A DNA stretch of 64,000 bases, taken from Deltaproteobacteria bacterium. GTDB lineage: Bacteria > Desulfobacterota > Desulfobaccia > Desulfobaccales > 0-14-0-80-60-11. Under the pieces are notes generated by a model that worked only from the letters and a program-made list of their open reading frames with translations, was not told the origin of the DNA and ran no database searches. Below, piece after piece: positions 43,795-53,369 of this stretch (its first letter is position 1; every line of letters starts with the position of its first letter). The stretch lies in contig JAKAKP010000140.1 of assembly GCA_021813445.1 (NCBI GenBank), forward strand, positions 1,280-65,279. Reading direction: 5' to 3'. A program made the translations under genes and the position numbers.

Positions 43795-44403
43795 CTACTT
43801 GCCCAGCCTCTGCTGCCGGTTCAGATCATAGATCGGGGCAACTTTGAGGTCCTTCAGGATTTTTTCCGGAGATTGATTCACCAGCTCCCCGTTCGTCTGA
43901 ATGAAGCGCAATTCCGCGCCCACCCCGCAGCCCGCGGCGCAGGCCTGGTCCAGCTTCGATTTGGTGGAGCCGTACTCCGGCTCTGGTTTGCTCTTGTGGA
44001 ATTTCTCCCGCCACTCGATCCATTGCTTGGGCGTCAGGTTGCTCTGGTCGATGAAGACATAGTAGACCACCTTGTCCGGGCAGTCTTCTTCCAGGTAGAC
44101 GGTGAATTCCTCCGGCTTTTCCGGGTTGGCCGCCCGAGCCAGGCGATTCTTTTGGTCCGCCTCGATGAGCCAGGCCGTGGGATATTTCCGGGAGGCAACA
44201 AAGGCTTTTACCGGACCGTAAATGAACGCAGGATTCATCTCATCGGCCACGAAATTCCCGGCCAGGAACTTGGCCGAAGGCGTGAAGGTCTCCAGCCCGT
44301 TGGCTTGCCGCAGGGCCAGGGCTTTCTGGCTGGCCGCCAGGGCTCCGGCGGCATGGCCCACCAATAATAGCAATCCTGCGACTAATGGCAATAGACGCTT
44401 CAT
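43795..44403 (-). CDS. Secreted hypothetical protein (202 aa)
   Basis: ATG at 44403 (MKRLLPLVAGLLLLVGHAAGALA) is preceded by GGAGGG. The longer track ORF is an upstream extension. Confidence 0.6.
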   Translation of the reverse strand: MKRLLPLVAGLLLLVGHAAGALAASQKALALRQANGLETFTPSAKFLAGNFVADEMNPAFIYGPVKAFVASRKYPTAWLIEADQKNRLARAANPEKPEEFTVYLEEDCPDKVVYYVFIDQSNLTPKQWIEWREKFHKSKPEPEYGSTKSKLDQACAAGCGVGAELRFIQTNGELVNQSPEKILKDLKVAPIYDLNRQQRLGK

Positions 44404-44739
44404 ACTCCCTCCTTCTTGACGGTAAGACGCGAAAGGCGTGGAGCGGCCTGGACCATGTTTATGGCCGGGAAGGGGATCAGAGGAGTACGGCCGAGGCCAA
44501 AGAGCGGGATCAGCCATGGAGATATTTCCTTCGACCAAATTATGTACAAGTTTCTCAAAAACTTGCAAGTGCCCCCCATCGATCTTATAAAAATATTACG
44601 GATTGAAACATTTCTAGTATGATACACCCTTAATGCTCCAAGAGCGCCGCGCCTGCCTTCACTGAAAAGTAAAGCGAAATTGGGGTAACTTAGACGCATC
44701 CTGCTGTCCCGGGGGCGGACTTCATTTACATAAGGAGAG

Positions 44740-45429
44740 ATGATGACCAGGAAATTATTGGCGGTCCTGGGGGTTATGCTTTTGGCGGCCCAGGCGAGCG
44801 CCGGGGAGATCAAGGAGCTTAAAACCGACAAAGACAAGGTGAGTTACGGCATCGGGGTTTCCATGGGCAAAAACCTCAAAAGCCAGAAGATCGAAGTCAA
44901 CCTTGCCCCCTTGTTACAAGGCTTGCGGGACGAGCTCGAGGGCAGCAAGCTCCTCATGACCGAGGCCGACCTCCAGGCCACCCTGGGCCAGTTTAAGCAG
45001 GAGCTGATGAAGAAGCATATAGAGGCCATGAAGAAGGCGGCGGCGGATAACCAGAAAGAGAGCGAAGCTTTTCTGGCCGCGAACAAGAAGAAGAAAGGCG
45101 TGGTGACGCGGCCCAGCGGGCTTCAGTATAAGATTATCAAAGAGGGCAAAGGCAAGAAGCCCAAAGAGAACGATATGGTGGAGGTCAACTACCGGGGCAC
45201 CCTGGTCAATGATACCGAGTTCGACAGCTCCTATAAACGGGGCCAACCCGCGACCTTTAAGGTCAAAGACATCATCCCCGGGTGGCGGGAAGCTTTGCAG
45301 CTCATGCCCGTGGGCTCCAAGTGGCAGATCGTTATCCCGGCCAAGCTGGCTTACGGCGAGAAAGGGGCAGGACCCATCGGTCCCAACTCCACTCTCATCT
45401 TTGAGGTGGAACTGCTCGCCATCAAATGA
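44740..45429 (+). CDS. FKBP-type peptidyl-prolyl cis-trans isomerase (FkpA/Mip-like, periplasmic)
   Basis: Signal peptide, an N-terminal helical dimerisation region, and the FKBP core GLQYKIIKEGKG...VEVNYRGTLVNDTEFDSSY...IPGWREALQLMPVGSKW...LIFEVELL. Confidence 0.9.
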   Translation: MMTRKLLAVLGVMLLAAQASAGEIKELKTDKDKVSYGIGVSMGKNLKSQKIEVNLAPLLQGLRDELEGSKLLMTEADLQATLGQFKQELMKKHIEAMKKAAADNQKESEAFLAANKKKKGVVTRPSGLQYKIIKEGKGKKPKENDMVEVNYRGTLVNDTEFDSSYKRGQPATFKVKDIIPGWREALQLMPVGSKWQIVIPAKLAYGEKGAGPIGPNSTLIFEVELLAIK

Positions 45430-45477
45430 GCCAGTCTAACCTGTTTCGATTATACCATTAAATTCCTCCATCTTTAT

Positions 45478-45650
45478 CCCTCTCCCCCTCGGGGGAGAGG
45501 CTTATCCTTACCCACAAGTTTTATAACCGTGGTGCGGCCTTTCCAGGCTGCGCCGAAAAACTGCGCAGGCTGGAAAGCCTGCGCCACCAAGACTCCCCTG
45601 AATCAACTGCTTCCTGACTTGTGGGTAATGCCTGGAGGGAGAGGGGGGGT
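45478..45650. repeat. Composite nested-palindrome element (families C/D-like)
   Basis: The left end is CCCTCTCCCCCTCGGGGGAGAGG. The outer inverted repeat is TTACCCACAAGT...ACTTGTGGGTAA. The core is GGTGCGGCCTTTCCAGGCTGCGCC-gaaaaa-CTGCGCAGGCTGGAAAGCCTGCGCCACC. Confidence 0.55.
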
Positions 45651-45660
45651 GCGGGGGGCA

Positions 45661-46464
45661 TCACACCCGGTGATGCAGGTTCAGGCGCACTGGCCGGCCG
45701 CCGCAGATCTCTTTGACCATCCCTTCCAGGAGCCGCAGTTCTTTAGGAGTGTGGATGATGCCGGCGACGGTGATCACCCCCTCCAGGCAACCCACCTCCA
45801 GGGTGGGGATGAGCACCCGGGGCTCGGTGGCCACCCTAGCTTTCAGCCGGTGCGCCAGGGCCAGGTCTGCCAGGTGCGCCCGGGCCTCCGGGGTGGCCTG
45901 GCGATCCTTGTCCGTCAAAGACTCGGCCAGCATCTCCGCCACCCGCTCATAAGTCAGGCTGCCGGTGTTTAAAGTCAGGTCGTAGACGTCCTCTTCAGCC
46001 CAATCCTCGCCGTAATTGGCCCGGATGTAGCAGGCCCGGTCCCCGTCCACCTGGGTAATGAGCCGCTGGGCTGCGTCCCGGCTCAGGCGCTCCCGGGCCA
46101 TGATGCGCTCCAGCCGCACCTCCAGGGGCGCCACCAGCCGCACCCGCAGGCAGAAGGGCACACCCTGGAGCAGAAAGGAGCCGCCCCGGCCGATGAGCAC
46201 CACCCTGTCGCCTGCGGCATACTCCAGGATCAAGGCCTCCACCCGGGCCACGTAGCCCCGGTATTGCCAATCATGGCGCTCCCAGAAGGTGGGACAGACT
46301 TCATCCACTTCCCGGGCCACCCGGCCCCAGCTTCCGCCGGTCTGGTCCAGGTCCTCGAAGAGCCGTTCCTTGTCTACGTATTCGTAACCCAGACGCTGGG
46401 CCACCAGCCGGCCGATCTCACGGCCGCCGCTGCCGTACTCCCGGGAAATCGTCAGGATCGCCAT
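45661..46464 (-). CDS. Cytidylate-kinase-like family protein with C-terminal BON-like domain
   Basis: MAILTISREYGSGGREIGRLVAQRLGYEYVDKE... (P-loop-like SGG) at the ATG at 46464. The C-terminus is ...LEVGCLEGVITVAGIIHTPKELRLLEGMV. Confidence 0.75.
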   Translation of the reverse strand: MAILTISREYGSGGREIGRLVAQRLGYEYVDKERLFEDLDQTGGSWGRVAREVDEVCPTFWERHDWQYRGYVARVEALILEYAAGDRVVLIGRGGSFLLQGVPFCLRVRLVAPLEVRLERIMARERLSRDAAQRLITQVDGDRACYIRANYGEDWAEEDVYDLTLNTGSLTYERVAEMLAESLTDKDRQATPEARAHLADLALAHRLKARVATEPRVLIPTLEVGCLEGVITVAGIIHTPKELRLLEGMVKEICGGRPVRLNLHHRV

Positions 46465-46498
46465 TGTCTCACCTTTGCAGCAGATGCCAGTCCGAACC

Positions 46499-47227
46499 TC
46501 ATTTGCCTTTGGAAGACGCCGTAACCCCGGCTCTGCGGAACGCCCACCAGATCCAGAACTTGCCCACCACGATGACGCCCCCCGCAAAAACTGCCTCCAT
46601 GACGTAGGTGAACCAAGGGGGCAGCTGGAGCCAACGCGCCACCAGGGGGTCGGTAAAGATCATTTCCCCGGACACCTTCCCCAGGATCGCCGCCCCGAGA
46701 TAAATGATAATGGGATAGCGGTCCATGAGCAAGGCCAGCAAGTTGCTGCTGAAAACCACGAAGGGGATGGACAGGGCCAGACCGAAGATCAGGAGAACCA
46801 GGTCGCCGTGGGAGGCCCCGGCCACCGCCAGGACGTTGTCGGTGCTCATGGTGAGGTCGGCGATGATGATCAGCCACATGGCCTGCCAGATGGTCTTGCC
46901 CGCCTGGCCGTGATCCTGCTCCGGCGCGCCCTCCAGGAAGAGCTTCACCGCGATCCAGGCGATGAGCAGCCCGCCGATGAGTTTCACCAATGGGACATTC
47001 AGCAGTTGGGCCACGAAGAAAGTGAGGACCACCCGCAGCAGCACCGCAGCCCCCGCGCCCAGGAAAATCCCCGCCTGTCTCTGCTTCCGGGGCAGGGACC
47101 TCACCGCCATGGCAATGACCACCGCGTTGTCCCCGGCCAGGATCAGGTCAATGATGACGATATTAAAGATGCCGACGCAAAAGGCCCAATTAAGCCGGTC
47201 CAGTCCCCAGGTTGCCAGGTCCATCAT
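46499..47227 (-). CDS. TerC/YjbE-family integral membrane protein
   Basis: ...IVIIDLILAGDNAVVIAMAV... and ...IIADLTMSTDNVLAVAG..., the duplicated TerC motif. The ATG at 47227 shares its A with the upstream TAA (TAATG). Confidence 0.85.
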   Translation of the reverse strand: MMDLATWGLDRLNWAFCVGIFNIVIIDLILAGDNAVVIAMAVRSLPRKQRQAGIFLGAGAAVLLRVVLTFFVAQLLNVPLVKLIGGLLIAWIAVKLFLEGAPEQDHGQAGKTIWQAMWLIIIADLTMSTDNVLAVAGASHGDLVLLIFGLALSIPFVVFSSNLLALLMDRYPIIIYLGAAILGKVSGEMIFTDPLVARWLQLPPWFTYVMEAVFAGGVIVVGKFWIWWAFRRAGVTASSKGK

Positions 47228-49887
47228 TATCCTTCCCCATGCAGGATGATGCCGGACCAGAAGTAAGGATGGGGTTCTTTGGCCCGCACCGCCTGCCGGG
47301 CCGCCTTGAGGGCCTGGATCTTGGGTTTGCCGGCTTTCAGGGCCTGGTAAAAGTCGAGGTAGAATTTGAGCGACTCGTCCACCGGGATGTTCCACAGGGT
47401 CACCATGACGCTGCGGGCCCCGGCCTGCTGGAAGGCCCGGGCAAAGTTGAGGACCCCTTCCCCCTGCATCACCTGGCCCACCCCGGTCATGCACGCGGCC
47501 AGGGTCACCAGGTCGGCGTCCAGCTTGAGGTAGAGCACATCGCTGAAGGTCAGGAAGCCGTCGTCCGGCTTTTTATTTTCCACCTGGCTGAGCACCAGGG
47601 TCGGCTCCTGCACCCCGGCCAGCTTATCCGCCAAAAACCCGTGGGTGCCGAAGAAGAGATAGCGGTACTGCCCCAAAGGAACGCGGCGCAATTTAGTTTC
47701 GGTGGCGTTGACGTCCAGGAGCACTTGGGGCGGTTGGGGCTTCTCCTGGAAGAGGGCCGCCAGCTCCAGCACGGTCTGGCGGGTCTCCGGCAGCGGCGGG
47801 AACTCCAGGCGGCCCCAGCCCCTGCTGGTGGCCGCCATGGTCAGGGCCTTTTCCGGTCCCGCAGGTTTGATCTCTCCCGCCTTCTCCTTGCCGGTTTTAT
47901 AAGCCAGATAGCGGCTGCTGCCTCTATCAAAGATGGGGTCGCCCAGAGCAAACAAGGGTTGACTGGCTCTCGCCAGCCCCAGATGCCGGTTCAGGGCCAG
48001 GATGGCCGCGGACTGGGAATAGGTCACCGGCCAGCGGTCCCCCACTAAAGCACACTTGCTCCAATCCGGCCCCGTCTGCACCACCAGGGACTCAAAGGGA
48101 AAAGCCCCCAAGGCGCCATCCGGCACGATGATCAGATGGGCGCCGGGATTTACCCCGGCCAGGGCCGGAGCCAGGATCTCCTGGTATAAAGAGGCCGCCG
48201 CGCCGATGGAAAAACGGTTCAAGTCTGCCCGATGCAACACGCTTTGCCGGAAAGGAGCCAGCATGGCCCCCAGGCGTCTCTCCAGGGCCTCCTGCCCCAG
48301 GGGCAGCCGGAAGACCTGGGTCTTGACCCCGGGCTCCACCCGGAAGAGAAAACTTTCTTTCTCCCCCAGGGAATATTCCAGGAGGACCTCTCCGGGTTTT
48401 AACGGCAGCTCCTGGGCCTTATAGGGCCGGGGATAGTGCAGGGCCGCATACCGGGGGGCGCGGCGGCGCAGCTCCGCCACCAGCCCATCCAATTCTCTTT
48501 GCAGGGCCTCCCATTTCCCCTGGAACTCCAGCACGGGCTCCTCTCGGCGCTCCGGACCTCTCCCCCGTTCCTGGTAGCTCTCCAGCCTCTGGGCCTCCAA
48601 GGTCTGAATCCGTTCCTGGATGCTTTTTTCCTTGGCCGCTAAATCCGGGGGCAGCTCAGAATTGCCCCGCTCGGCCCCGGCCGCCACGGCCTCTAGCAAA
48701 GAGCGGGCCTTGATGGATTCGGCAAAGTAGAAGGCTATGGCTGCGGCGTCCGGTCCATAGGTTTTCAGATTGCCGGGGACAGGCCCTCCTTTTTGCGCCA
48801 TTTCTGCAAGCAAGCCCACCATCCCCTGGTAGGCGCGGAAATAGCCGCCCAGACGCCCTCCTTCAAAAAAGCTGGCCCGTTCCCCCGGAGTCCGGCCGCG
48901 CAATCCTTCGATCTGGCGCACGGCTTCCGAGAAAGCCTCCAGGGCTGCTTGCTCCTGCCCCGTCCCCTTGAGCGCCAGCCCCTTTTGCGTATAAAACTGG
49001 GCCTGGTATTGGGGGGCCATCCAGGCCCAGGGAGTCAACTGGGGGAGCAGGTTCAGGGCCTCGCCATAACGCCCGGTGGCCAAATAAAGCTCCACCATGC
49101 CCTGCTTGCCCTGACGGTGTTTGGCCCGGCGGAAACAGGCCTCGGCCTGGCCATAATCTTTCTTGAGCAGGTAGAGATAGCCCAGATTTTTGAGGCTCAC
49201 CCCGGTCCACAGGTTGTCCGGTCCGAACAACTTTTCCCGGATCTGTACGGCGCGCTGGGCCAAAGGCAGGGCTTGGTCGTAAGAGCCCATCTGGGCATAG
49301 AGCAGCGCCAGATTGGTCAGGGCGGCTGCGGTCAGGGGCGTGTCCGCCTCCCCCGCCCGGTCGCTGATCTTTAAGCCTTTCTGCACCATGTGCAGGGCTT
49401 TTTCATGAGCCCCCATCTGCCCATACAGGAAGCCCAGGACAATCAGGCTTTGGGCGGTTTGGGGGTTATCCGGGCCCAAGGCTTTCTCTCGGATATGCAA
49501 GGACTTCTGGGCCAGGGGCAAGGCCTGGTCAAAGAACCCGAGCAGCGCGTAGGTCTTGGCCAAACGGGCCATACAGGCTGCGGTGAGGAGATGCTCCGGC
49601 CCCAGGGCTTTCTCGCTGCGCTGCAAGGCCTGCTGGTACACAGAAATGGCGGGATAGTTCTTGTTGGCGTTCTCTAAGGCCATGCCCTTTTTGAGCATTT
49701 CCCTGATTTCCGCGGCCTCCGGCTTCGAGTCGGCGGGCAAGACTTCTGCCGGCGGCGCCGCTTCTTTATCGACCCGCCCGTGGAACTCTCCCTTTCTGGC
49801 ATGGGCGGCAGTTCCCGGCCAACTCAAAAGCGCACAGCAGAGGCAAATGGCAATGAGCCGCAGCATCTTTTCCTCCCTGATCCGCAA
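47227..49887 (-). CDS. Exported TPR-repeat / CHAT-domain (caspase-like) protein
   Basis: Signal peptide, about 7 TPR_12-like repeats (...LAxxYxxxGxYdqAlpl...), and a C-terminal CHAT domain with candidate His (FFGTHGF) and Cys (LAACMTG) residues. Confidence 0.9.
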   Translation of the reverse strand: MRIREEKMLRLIAICLCCALLSWPGTAAHARKGEFHGRVDKEAAPPAEVLPADSKPEAAEIREMLKKGMALENANKNYPAISVYQQALQRSEKALGPEHLLTAACMARLAKTYALLGFFDQALPLAQKSLHIREKALGPDNPQTAQSLIVLGFLYGQMGAHEKALHMVQKGLKISDRAGEADTPLTAAALTNLALLYAQMGSYDQALPLAQRAVQIREKLFGPDNLWTGVSLKNLGYLYLLKKDYGQAEACFRRAKHRQGKQGMVELYLATGRYGEALNLLPQLTPWAWMAPQYQAQFYTQKGLALKGTGQEQAALEAFSEAVRQIEGLRGRTPGERASFFEGGRLGGYFRAYQGMVGLLAEMAQKGGPVPGNLKTYGPDAAAIAFYFAESIKARSLLEAVAAGAERGNSELPPDLAAKEKSIQERIQTLEAQRLESYQERGRGPERREEPVLEFQGKWEALQRELDGLVAELRRRAPRYAALHYPRPYKAQELPLKPGEVLLEYSLGEKESFLFRVEPGVKTQVFRLPLGQEALERRLGAMLAPFRQSVLHRADLNRFSIGAAASLYQEILAPALAGVNPGAHLIIVPDGALGAFPFESLVVQTGPDWSKCALVGDRWPVTYSQSAAILALNRHLGLARASQPLFALGDPIFDRGSSRYLAYKTGKEKAGEIKPAGPEKALTMAATSRGWGRLEFPPLPETRQTVLELAALFQEKPQPPQVLLDVNATETKLRRVPLGQYRYLFFGTHGFLADKLAGVQEPTLVLSQVENKKPDDGFLTFSDVLYLKLDADLVTLAACMTGVGQVMQGEGVLNFARAFQQAGARSVMVTLWNIPVDESLKFYLDFYQALKAGKPKIQALKAARQAVRAKEPHPYFWSGIILHGEG

Positions 49888-49904
49888 TGGCGGGGCTGAT
49901 TTCC

Positions 49905-50702
49905 CTAATTACATTGGGTCCGGACCCAGGCTCTCAGATCATTAAACCCCTTGTCCCCCGGCTTTTTCTGCAAGATCTGACTAAGCATCCGGTCCATTTC
50001 CGGGTATTGCCGGTGTTGCGCCAGGACTCCCAGGAAATATAATTCCGGAGTGAAATCGTCGGGGGCCGCCTTTTTCTTGAGGTCCTGGTAAACCGCCCTG
50101 GCCGCCTGGATATCCTGGCGGTCCGCAGCCGTGAGGGGAGCGGCCTGAGGACGCACCGGACAAACCGGCGCCATGGTCTGGATGACCCCGGAACGGCCCG
50201 GGGGGGCCTGCTCCATCATGGGTGTCGCGCCTCCGCGCTCCGCCCCTAATCCCCTGACCTGAGTGGCCCCGGAGAAACTGGCCCCGCCCCGGGCCAGGAG
50301 GAAAGGCGCGGCCGCCAGCTTTTTGGCGGCGGACGCGGGCAGCGTCTTCACCGCGGGGGGAGCTTGCTCCTTGCCGCCCAGGGCGGCGCTTTCCTGGTCC
50401 CCGGCCTGCAACCGGGCCGGACCGCTCCAGGTCTCCTGGCGGCCGCTGGTGAAGTAGAGGAGCTGCAACACCCCTGCCCCGGCCAACTGGAAGTGATCGC
50501 CCTGGCGCACCTTCATGAAGGCCTGCGCCTTAGCCGGCTGTTTTTCCTGGTCATTCCAGTAGGTGGCCTCGCCGCTCAGTTTGGTCACCAGGCCCACATC
50601 TGGGGGCGAGGTCTGGGCCAGGGCCGTAGCGGCGCAAAGCATGAGGGCGGCCACTCCCGGAAGGAAAGACTTTTTGGGAATCTTGATGATGAACTGCATC
50701 AC
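49905..50702 (-). CDS. Exported FecR-domain-like protein
   Basis: Signal peptide. GLVTKLSGEATYWND...MKVRQGDHFQLAGAGVLQLLYFTSGRQETW resembles the FecR beta-sandwich signature. The assignment is tentative. Confidence 0.5.
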   Translation of the reverse strand: MMQFIIKIPKKSFLPGVAALMLCAATALAQTSPPDVGLVTKLSGEATYWNDQEKQPAKAQAFMKVRQGDHFQLAGAGVLQLLYFTSGRQETWSGPARLQAGDQESAALGGKEQAPPAVKTLPASAAKKLAAAPFLLARGGASFSGATQVRGLGAERGGATPMMEQAPPGRSGVIQTMAPVCPVRPQAAPLTAADRQDIQAARAVYQDLKKKAAPDDFTPELYFLGVLAQHRQYPEMDRMLSQILQKKPGDKGFNDLRAWVRTQCN

Positions 50703-50793
50703 TTTTTCCTCCCACGTAATTTCCTTTAGATAGTGGTTAAATGGTATCCAGCAATATTAAAGAATAATTGATTACTGAAAACTAACAACTATC

Positions 50794-52641
50794 TTATTCT
50801 TCCAGGCCTTTCACCTCCAGGACCACCACCGGCTCCTGGCGGCCCTTGACCCGGCGTTCTTCCCGCCCCCCGGTCACCACTCCCGGCCCTGCCGCCTCGA
50901 TGGTGGCCTCACTGGCGACAATCTGCCACCCCAGTTCCTTGGTCAAGCCCTCCAGGCGGGAGGCCGTGTTCACGGTATCGCCGATGGCGGTGAATTCAAA
51001 CCTTTGCGGGGTGCCGATATTGCCCACCACGGTCTCGCCGGTATGCAGGCCGATGCCGATGTGGAATTCCGGGATATTTTGTCCGGGAAAACGCGCCGCC
51101 ATCCAGTCTTGAAATCCATGGGCCGCGGCGGCCATGGCCAGGGCGGCCCGCAGCGCCCGGCGGGCATGGTCCGGCTGGGGGTGGGGGGCCCCGAACACGG
51201 CCATGACCGCATCTCCCACAAACTTATCCACCATGCCCCCTTCTGCTAGAATCGGCTCGCAGGCCCGGCTGAAATAATTATTGAGCATCTCCACCACTTC
51301 ATGGGGATGCAAGGACTCGGACATGGTGGTGAAATTGCGGATATCGGCAAACAGGACCGTGACCGTGAAGGCCTCCCCTCCCAAATCGGGGGGCTTGCCG
51401 GAGGCCAGGATTTTCTCCATCACTTCCCCGGACACGTAACGCCCGAAGATTTGCCGCAGGCGGGCCCGTTCCCGTTCTTCCCCGGTGAGCCTCAGGCCCA
51501 GGACGGCCAGGTAGCCCAGCACCAGGGCCAATTGCGGCGCGGCCGTGGGCAGCAGCCAGTCCCGCCGGAACAGGAGATACGAAAAAACTGCCAGCAGCAG
51601 CCCCAGCAGGCCCAGGAGCGCCAGTCCCCGTAGCGGCGCAAAGCGGAAAAAGAGGGCGACGCCCAGGGCCAAAATGGCCGCCAGGTAAAGCAGCCGCCAA
51701 AGTGCGGGTAGTGGCCGGGGAAACCGCCCCCGGAGCAAGGTCTCCACGATGTTGGCGTGGACTTCCGGCCCGCTCATCAGCCGGGGGGGGATATTAAAGA
51801 ACCCCCGGGCATAAGGGGTTTGATGATTGTCCTGCATCCCCGAAGGTTCGTAGGCGACAATCACCACTTTGCCCTTGAGGGCCTGGATCTGCGGGTCCCG
51901 GGCGGCATCCGGGCTGAGGAAGCGCTGGAAGGAAACCCGGGGGATGGTCCCCGGCGGGCCGCTGAAGGCGATGGCCTTCAGCGGCTGGAAAGTCTCCGGG
52001 ACCTCCTGGCCCGCGGCCCGGGCGGCCAAAAGTTCGGCAAAGGTGACCCACCCCAGCCTTTTGCTTACGGGAAATACGGGCGCGAAGCGACGGACCACTC
52101 CGTCAGGATCATTAAAGAACCGGACCAGGCCCACGTCGTCCAGCTTCCCCGGCAAAGAAGCCCAGTAATCAGGGAGGGGGAGCAGGAGTTTGGCTTTGTC
52201 CTGGGCGTCAAAGGCCAGGTCTCCGGCCAGGATTACCTTGCCGGCGTCCAGTTGTTCCCGGAATGCCAGGTCATAGGTGCGGCTGAGCTGGCTTTCCGGC
52301 AGCTTGATCTTTTTCAGCCACGATTCGGCGCTGACGGAAAAGAGAAAATCCAGGCCGATGACTCTGGCCCCTACCTCCCGCAGAATCTGGATCACCCTGG
52401 CAAAATGCGGGCTCCAGAAGACCAGGGGCTCATCCTGGTGCTCCAGCCGCGTCTGGTCATCGATGGCGACAATGGCCGTATGCCGGGGTTCGTAAAGCCG
52501 GCCCGCCAACTGATGCCAGAGATCGGTGTAGCCGTTCTCCGGCCCTTGCAGCCAGGCGTCCCGGGTGGCCCATTCCGCGCCTGCGGCCAGCAAGACCACC
52601 ACCAGAACGCCATAGAGAATCTTTTTCTTCAAGGTCACCAC
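50794..52641 (-). CDS. CHASE2-sensor class III adenylate/guanylate cyclase
   Basis: N-terminal TM, an extracytoplasmic CHASE2 region of about 300 aa, and 3 TM helices. The cyclase core shows VTVLFADIRNFTTMSE, GDAVMAVFG and GLHTGETVVGNIG. Confidence 0.9.
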   Translation of the reverse strand: MVTLKKKILYGVLVVVLLAAGAEWATRDAWLQGPENGYTDLWHQLAGRLYEPRHTAIVAIDDQTRLEHQDEPLVFWSPHFARVIQILREVGARVIGLDFLFSVSAESWLKKIKLPESQLSRTYDLAFREQLDAGKVILAGDLAFDAQDKAKLLLPLPDYWASLPGKLDDVGLVRFFNDPDGVVRRFAPVFPVSKRLGWVTFAELLAARAAGQEVPETFQPLKAIAFSGPPGTIPRVSFQRFLSPDAARDPQIQALKGKVVIVAYEPSGMQDNHQTPYARGFFNIPPRLMSGPEVHANIVETLLRGRFPRPLPALWRLLYLAAILALGVALFFRFAPLRGLALLGLLGLLLAVFSYLLFRRDWLLPTAAPQLALVLGYLAVLGLRLTGEERERARLRQIFGRYVSGEVMEKILASGKPPDLGGEAFTVTVLFADIRNFTTMSESLHPHEVVEMLNNYFSRACEPILAEGGMVDKFVGDAVMAVFGAPHPQPDHARRALRAALAMAAAAHGFQDWMAARFPGQNIPEFHIGIGLHTGETVVGNIGTPQRFEFTAIGDTVNTASRLEGLTKELGWQIVASEATIEAAGPGVVTGGREERRVKGRQEPVVVLEVKGLEE

Positions 52642-53121
52642 ATCATCCTGCGGTGCATCGCCGGAGGGAGCGCCGGATGGCCCAGGGCCAGGATTGCCGC
52701 CAATGGAGCTGGCTTAACAAATTATTTTACTATTGTATCAAAAACTTGGGGCGAATGCGGATTTTAGCCGCGGGGCCGGGAAATGCCGGATAAGGTTCCC
52801 CCTACATTAATCTTTATCCTTAACCCCGCATCAGGCCAATAAGAATTAAAGAAAACCTTTTCACCCTGGGAAAAAAATTAAAAATTATGGGAATCATATA
52901 ACTTACGAAATCATTAAATAGTTTTTGAGTTTTTTATGGAAATATAGGGAATTAATAGTTAAACTAAAAAACCAGGAGCCTTTTTTAATCACCGCCTGTT
53001 TTAAGAGGGTATATTTTTCAAACCTCGATAACCCTGAAACCCGGTTGCTCCTGTACTATTCTTGTTCTTTTTTCCCAAGCGCAGACTGGCTGCGTAAGCG
53101 CTCTTAGATCTTCGATTTAAC

Positions 53122-53257
53122 TCCGGGAAAAGAGGTCCCCGACTATGGCGGGACTGCCAGGAAACCTAGCTCTTTGGTTGTGTGTCTGGCTTTTGGCAGC
53201 CTCGCTGCTGGCCGTCCCCGGCTCCTGGGCCAGGCCCACCTCGCCGCAGCAGACCCG
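53122..53257 (+). pseudogene. Duplicated 5' fragment (RBS, signal peptide, first propeptide residues) of the C10 peptidase gene
   Basis: About 135 nt align with 55612-55745, including a 29-nt exact run CCTGGGCCAGGCCCACCTCGCCGCAGCAG. The peptides are WLLAASLLAVPGSWARPTSPQQTR and WLLAALLLAVPETWARPTSPQQAR. Homology ends abruptly at about 53258 in AT-rich DNA. Confidence 0.65.
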
Positions 53258-53369
53258 GCGAACGATCAATATTGTCATAATTATCATCCTGGCCGAATGT
53301 GTCGATAACCTATGTGTTGCCGCGCAGTTATAATGTTCTGGATCAGAACGACAAGATGGGGAAAGCCAA

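Noticed and set aside
9400-45660. Possibility that the recurrent palindromic elements form a CRISPR array.
   Set aside because: The copies are tens of kilobases apart or irregularly clustered. They belong to several unrelated sequence families and lack the regular repeat-spacer periodicity. No cas genes are present.
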